A DNA stretch of 64,000 bases from Catajapyx aquilonaris (lineage: Eukaryota). Position numbers and translations under genes: made by a program. The stretch covers positions 1 to 64,000 of the forward strand of contig KZ538268.1 in assembly GCA_000934665.2 (NCBI GenBank). Direction: 5' to 3'. Below are positions 62,643-64,000 of this stretch, one piece after another. The first letter of the stretch is position 1. Every line of letters starts with the position of its first letter. The notes under the pieces are model-generated. The model was given only the letters and a program-made list of their open reading frames with translations. It had not been told where the DNA came from and did no database searches.

Positions 62643-64000
62643 CATTATCATCATCATCATCATCCATGGGGAGGATTAATCATAATCTGCTAGGTGAATT
62701 CTTATCCATGAGCAGGATTAAACTACCAGGTGAATTATTAGCCACGAATAAGATTAATCTACAAGAAGGGGGTAACTAGATGGGAATTCCCATCTAGTTA
62801 CCCCCTTCTTCCATGGAGCCCTTCAATTATTGTCTATGGGGAGGATTAATCTCTCTAAATCTGTGTTCAGCTAAATTCTGAGACAAGTGGTATGCCTTAC
62901 ATCAGGATATTTTACCTGAGTTACTCTACACACTACAATTTATGTTAGAGTACTACTGTTCTTTTCACACATCTACAACTCTGGCGTCAAAGAGGCAAAA
63001 GTACATTCTGATTTGTTTGAAGTACATTACGGGGTTACTTCTTTGCCTCACACAAATTCTGTGGCAACATGAGACAGAGAACTCTTTGGTGTCCCCAGGG
63101 TCACGAGCATGTGATTTCACCCTCACTCATAGTAATTGCTTACTACAAAAGCAGCATACAGTGTATACCATAAAATGAGCTATTCACAGGTTTTAAATGA
63201 GCGACTGTACGTATACTGTATTCTACTTTGATAATAAGATTTTATCAAAATTAGAAAAATTCCTGCAGATTTTTAGTTTGTCTTCTGGAAAAAGTCTGTT
63301 ATATTTCTTTGCGAGAAACATTGATATTTTTTCAGACTTTCCTTTGTTTTAGTCATACACAGATAATAACCAGCACCCTGATAATCGGGATTACAGTTTA
63401 TTTATGAATAGCTGAGACTTACTTGGCTGCAAGGACACTAGCTTGGTGAGATTATCCTCTGCCTTCATCCCAAGAGGCATGCAAGAGTCAGGCAATGCTG
63501 GTGCTCCAACCTTATATATCCTCACATCACTGAACCTGACATCGAATGAATGTGGGTAAAGTGGAGACCTAGCCCCTCCATAGAAGTATTCCCTGACCCG
63601 GCAATCCCTGGCTTCTGCCCTAGCTGTCTGGCTCCTCTCCACAACTCCACCACTCTTGGGGAGGAAGACCACTCTCACAAAATGAGGCATATCACGCCCC
63701 AGCTCATTGTACAAGCGCTCCTGGTCTAGAACCAGAATCACATCTATTTCAAATGCTTCTGCAACATGTGTCAGCTGGCGATAGCCCTCGCCTTTTACCC
63801 ATCCACATGTGTTGATGATCACACCAGAGGAGTGGGCTGTGAAAATTAAAACAATTCAAAAATAAAGAAATCTGCATGGTTAGACTGGTGGGGTGTAATT
63901 TATAAATACTCGCCTTTTCGGTTGGTTTGCATTCTCTCCTGCATGACTTCAGACAGCCTCGATACTAGTCGGTTGTACAGAGCCCCATTATGACCTGGTG
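60361..64000 (-). CDS. CLP1: CLP1 polynucleotide 5'-hydroxyl kinase / cleavage factor subunit, C-terminal part; starts beyond the right edge
   Basis: Exons >64000-63914, 63836-63423, 60626-60533, 60472-60361. [64 protein letters not shown]. The 63913-63837 intron is GC-AG. Confidence 0.94.
60955..61706. mobile_element. Mariner-type fold-back MITE (~280-bp diverged arms) in a CLP1 intron
   Basis: TA-cgagggttgtttcataagtcattg versus caatgacttatgaaacaacccaca-TA; arms pair over 60955-61232 and 61407-61706. Confidence 0.82.
62229..62762. repeat. ~37-bp diverged minisatellite interrupted by a SINE
   Basis: Unit approximately gctaggtgaattattagccacgaggaggattaatct, about five copies on either side of the SINE. 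Confidence 0.7.
62332..62663 (+). mobile_element. tRNA-Ser(GCT)-derived SINE, family A, copy 3 (degenerate A/B boxes)
   Basis: Same body and tail as 28638-28940; (TTA)n(TCA)n tail; 9-bp TSD CCATGGGGA at 62323-62331 and 62664-62672. Confidence 0.85.
62763..62810. repeat. 48-bp perfect palindrome, no spacer
   Basis: aagaagggggtaactagatgggaa|ttcccatctagttacccccttctt. Confidence 0.97.

Noticed and set aside
62229..62762. CRISPR-like ~37-bp periodic array
   Set aside because: Units are adjacent diverged tandem copies with no unique spacers, inside a eukaryotic intron with no cas genes.
62475..62779. Poly-Ile and poly-Leu 'membrane' ORFs
   Set aside because: Translation of the SINE (TTA)n(TCA)n tail.

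Overview
Eukaryotic genomic DNA with spliceosomal introns, CpG-poor gene bodies, CpG-rich 5' ends and three small N gaps. The Boule, Rbfox and CLP1 sequences look arthropod-like, probably insect; the species cannot be determined. Nine protein-coding genes were reconstructed by hand from splice sites and reading-frame phase. On the minus strand: Cul2 (3' end runs off the left edge), Insig, PTTG1IP-like (5' end unresolved), RBM45, RBM48, an intact intronless Rbfox, boule, and CLP1 (5' end runs off the right edge). On the plus strand: LSM12. Six consecutive genes over ~44 kb are RNA-binding or RNA-processing factors. Among their introns are a textbook U12-type intron (LSM12) and two introns best explained by GC donors (RBM48, CLP1). 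Introns are rich in non-autonomous transposons: Tc1/mariner, piggyBac, hAT and PIF/Harbinger MITEs, long fold-back elements, a nested stack, two tRNA-derived SINE families with modular tails, and tiny LINE 3'-end insertions. Four unrelated 47-63 bp near-perfect palindromes are also present. The best candidates for new biology are the putative Rbfox retrogene just downstream of boule, the frame-switching RGG/GW-rich alternative boule C-terminus, the non-canonical introns, and an Insig with intact sterol-pathway residues in a probable arthropod. No CRISPR, rRNA or genuine tRNA gene was found. All gene names come from recognising protein motifs, not from database searches.
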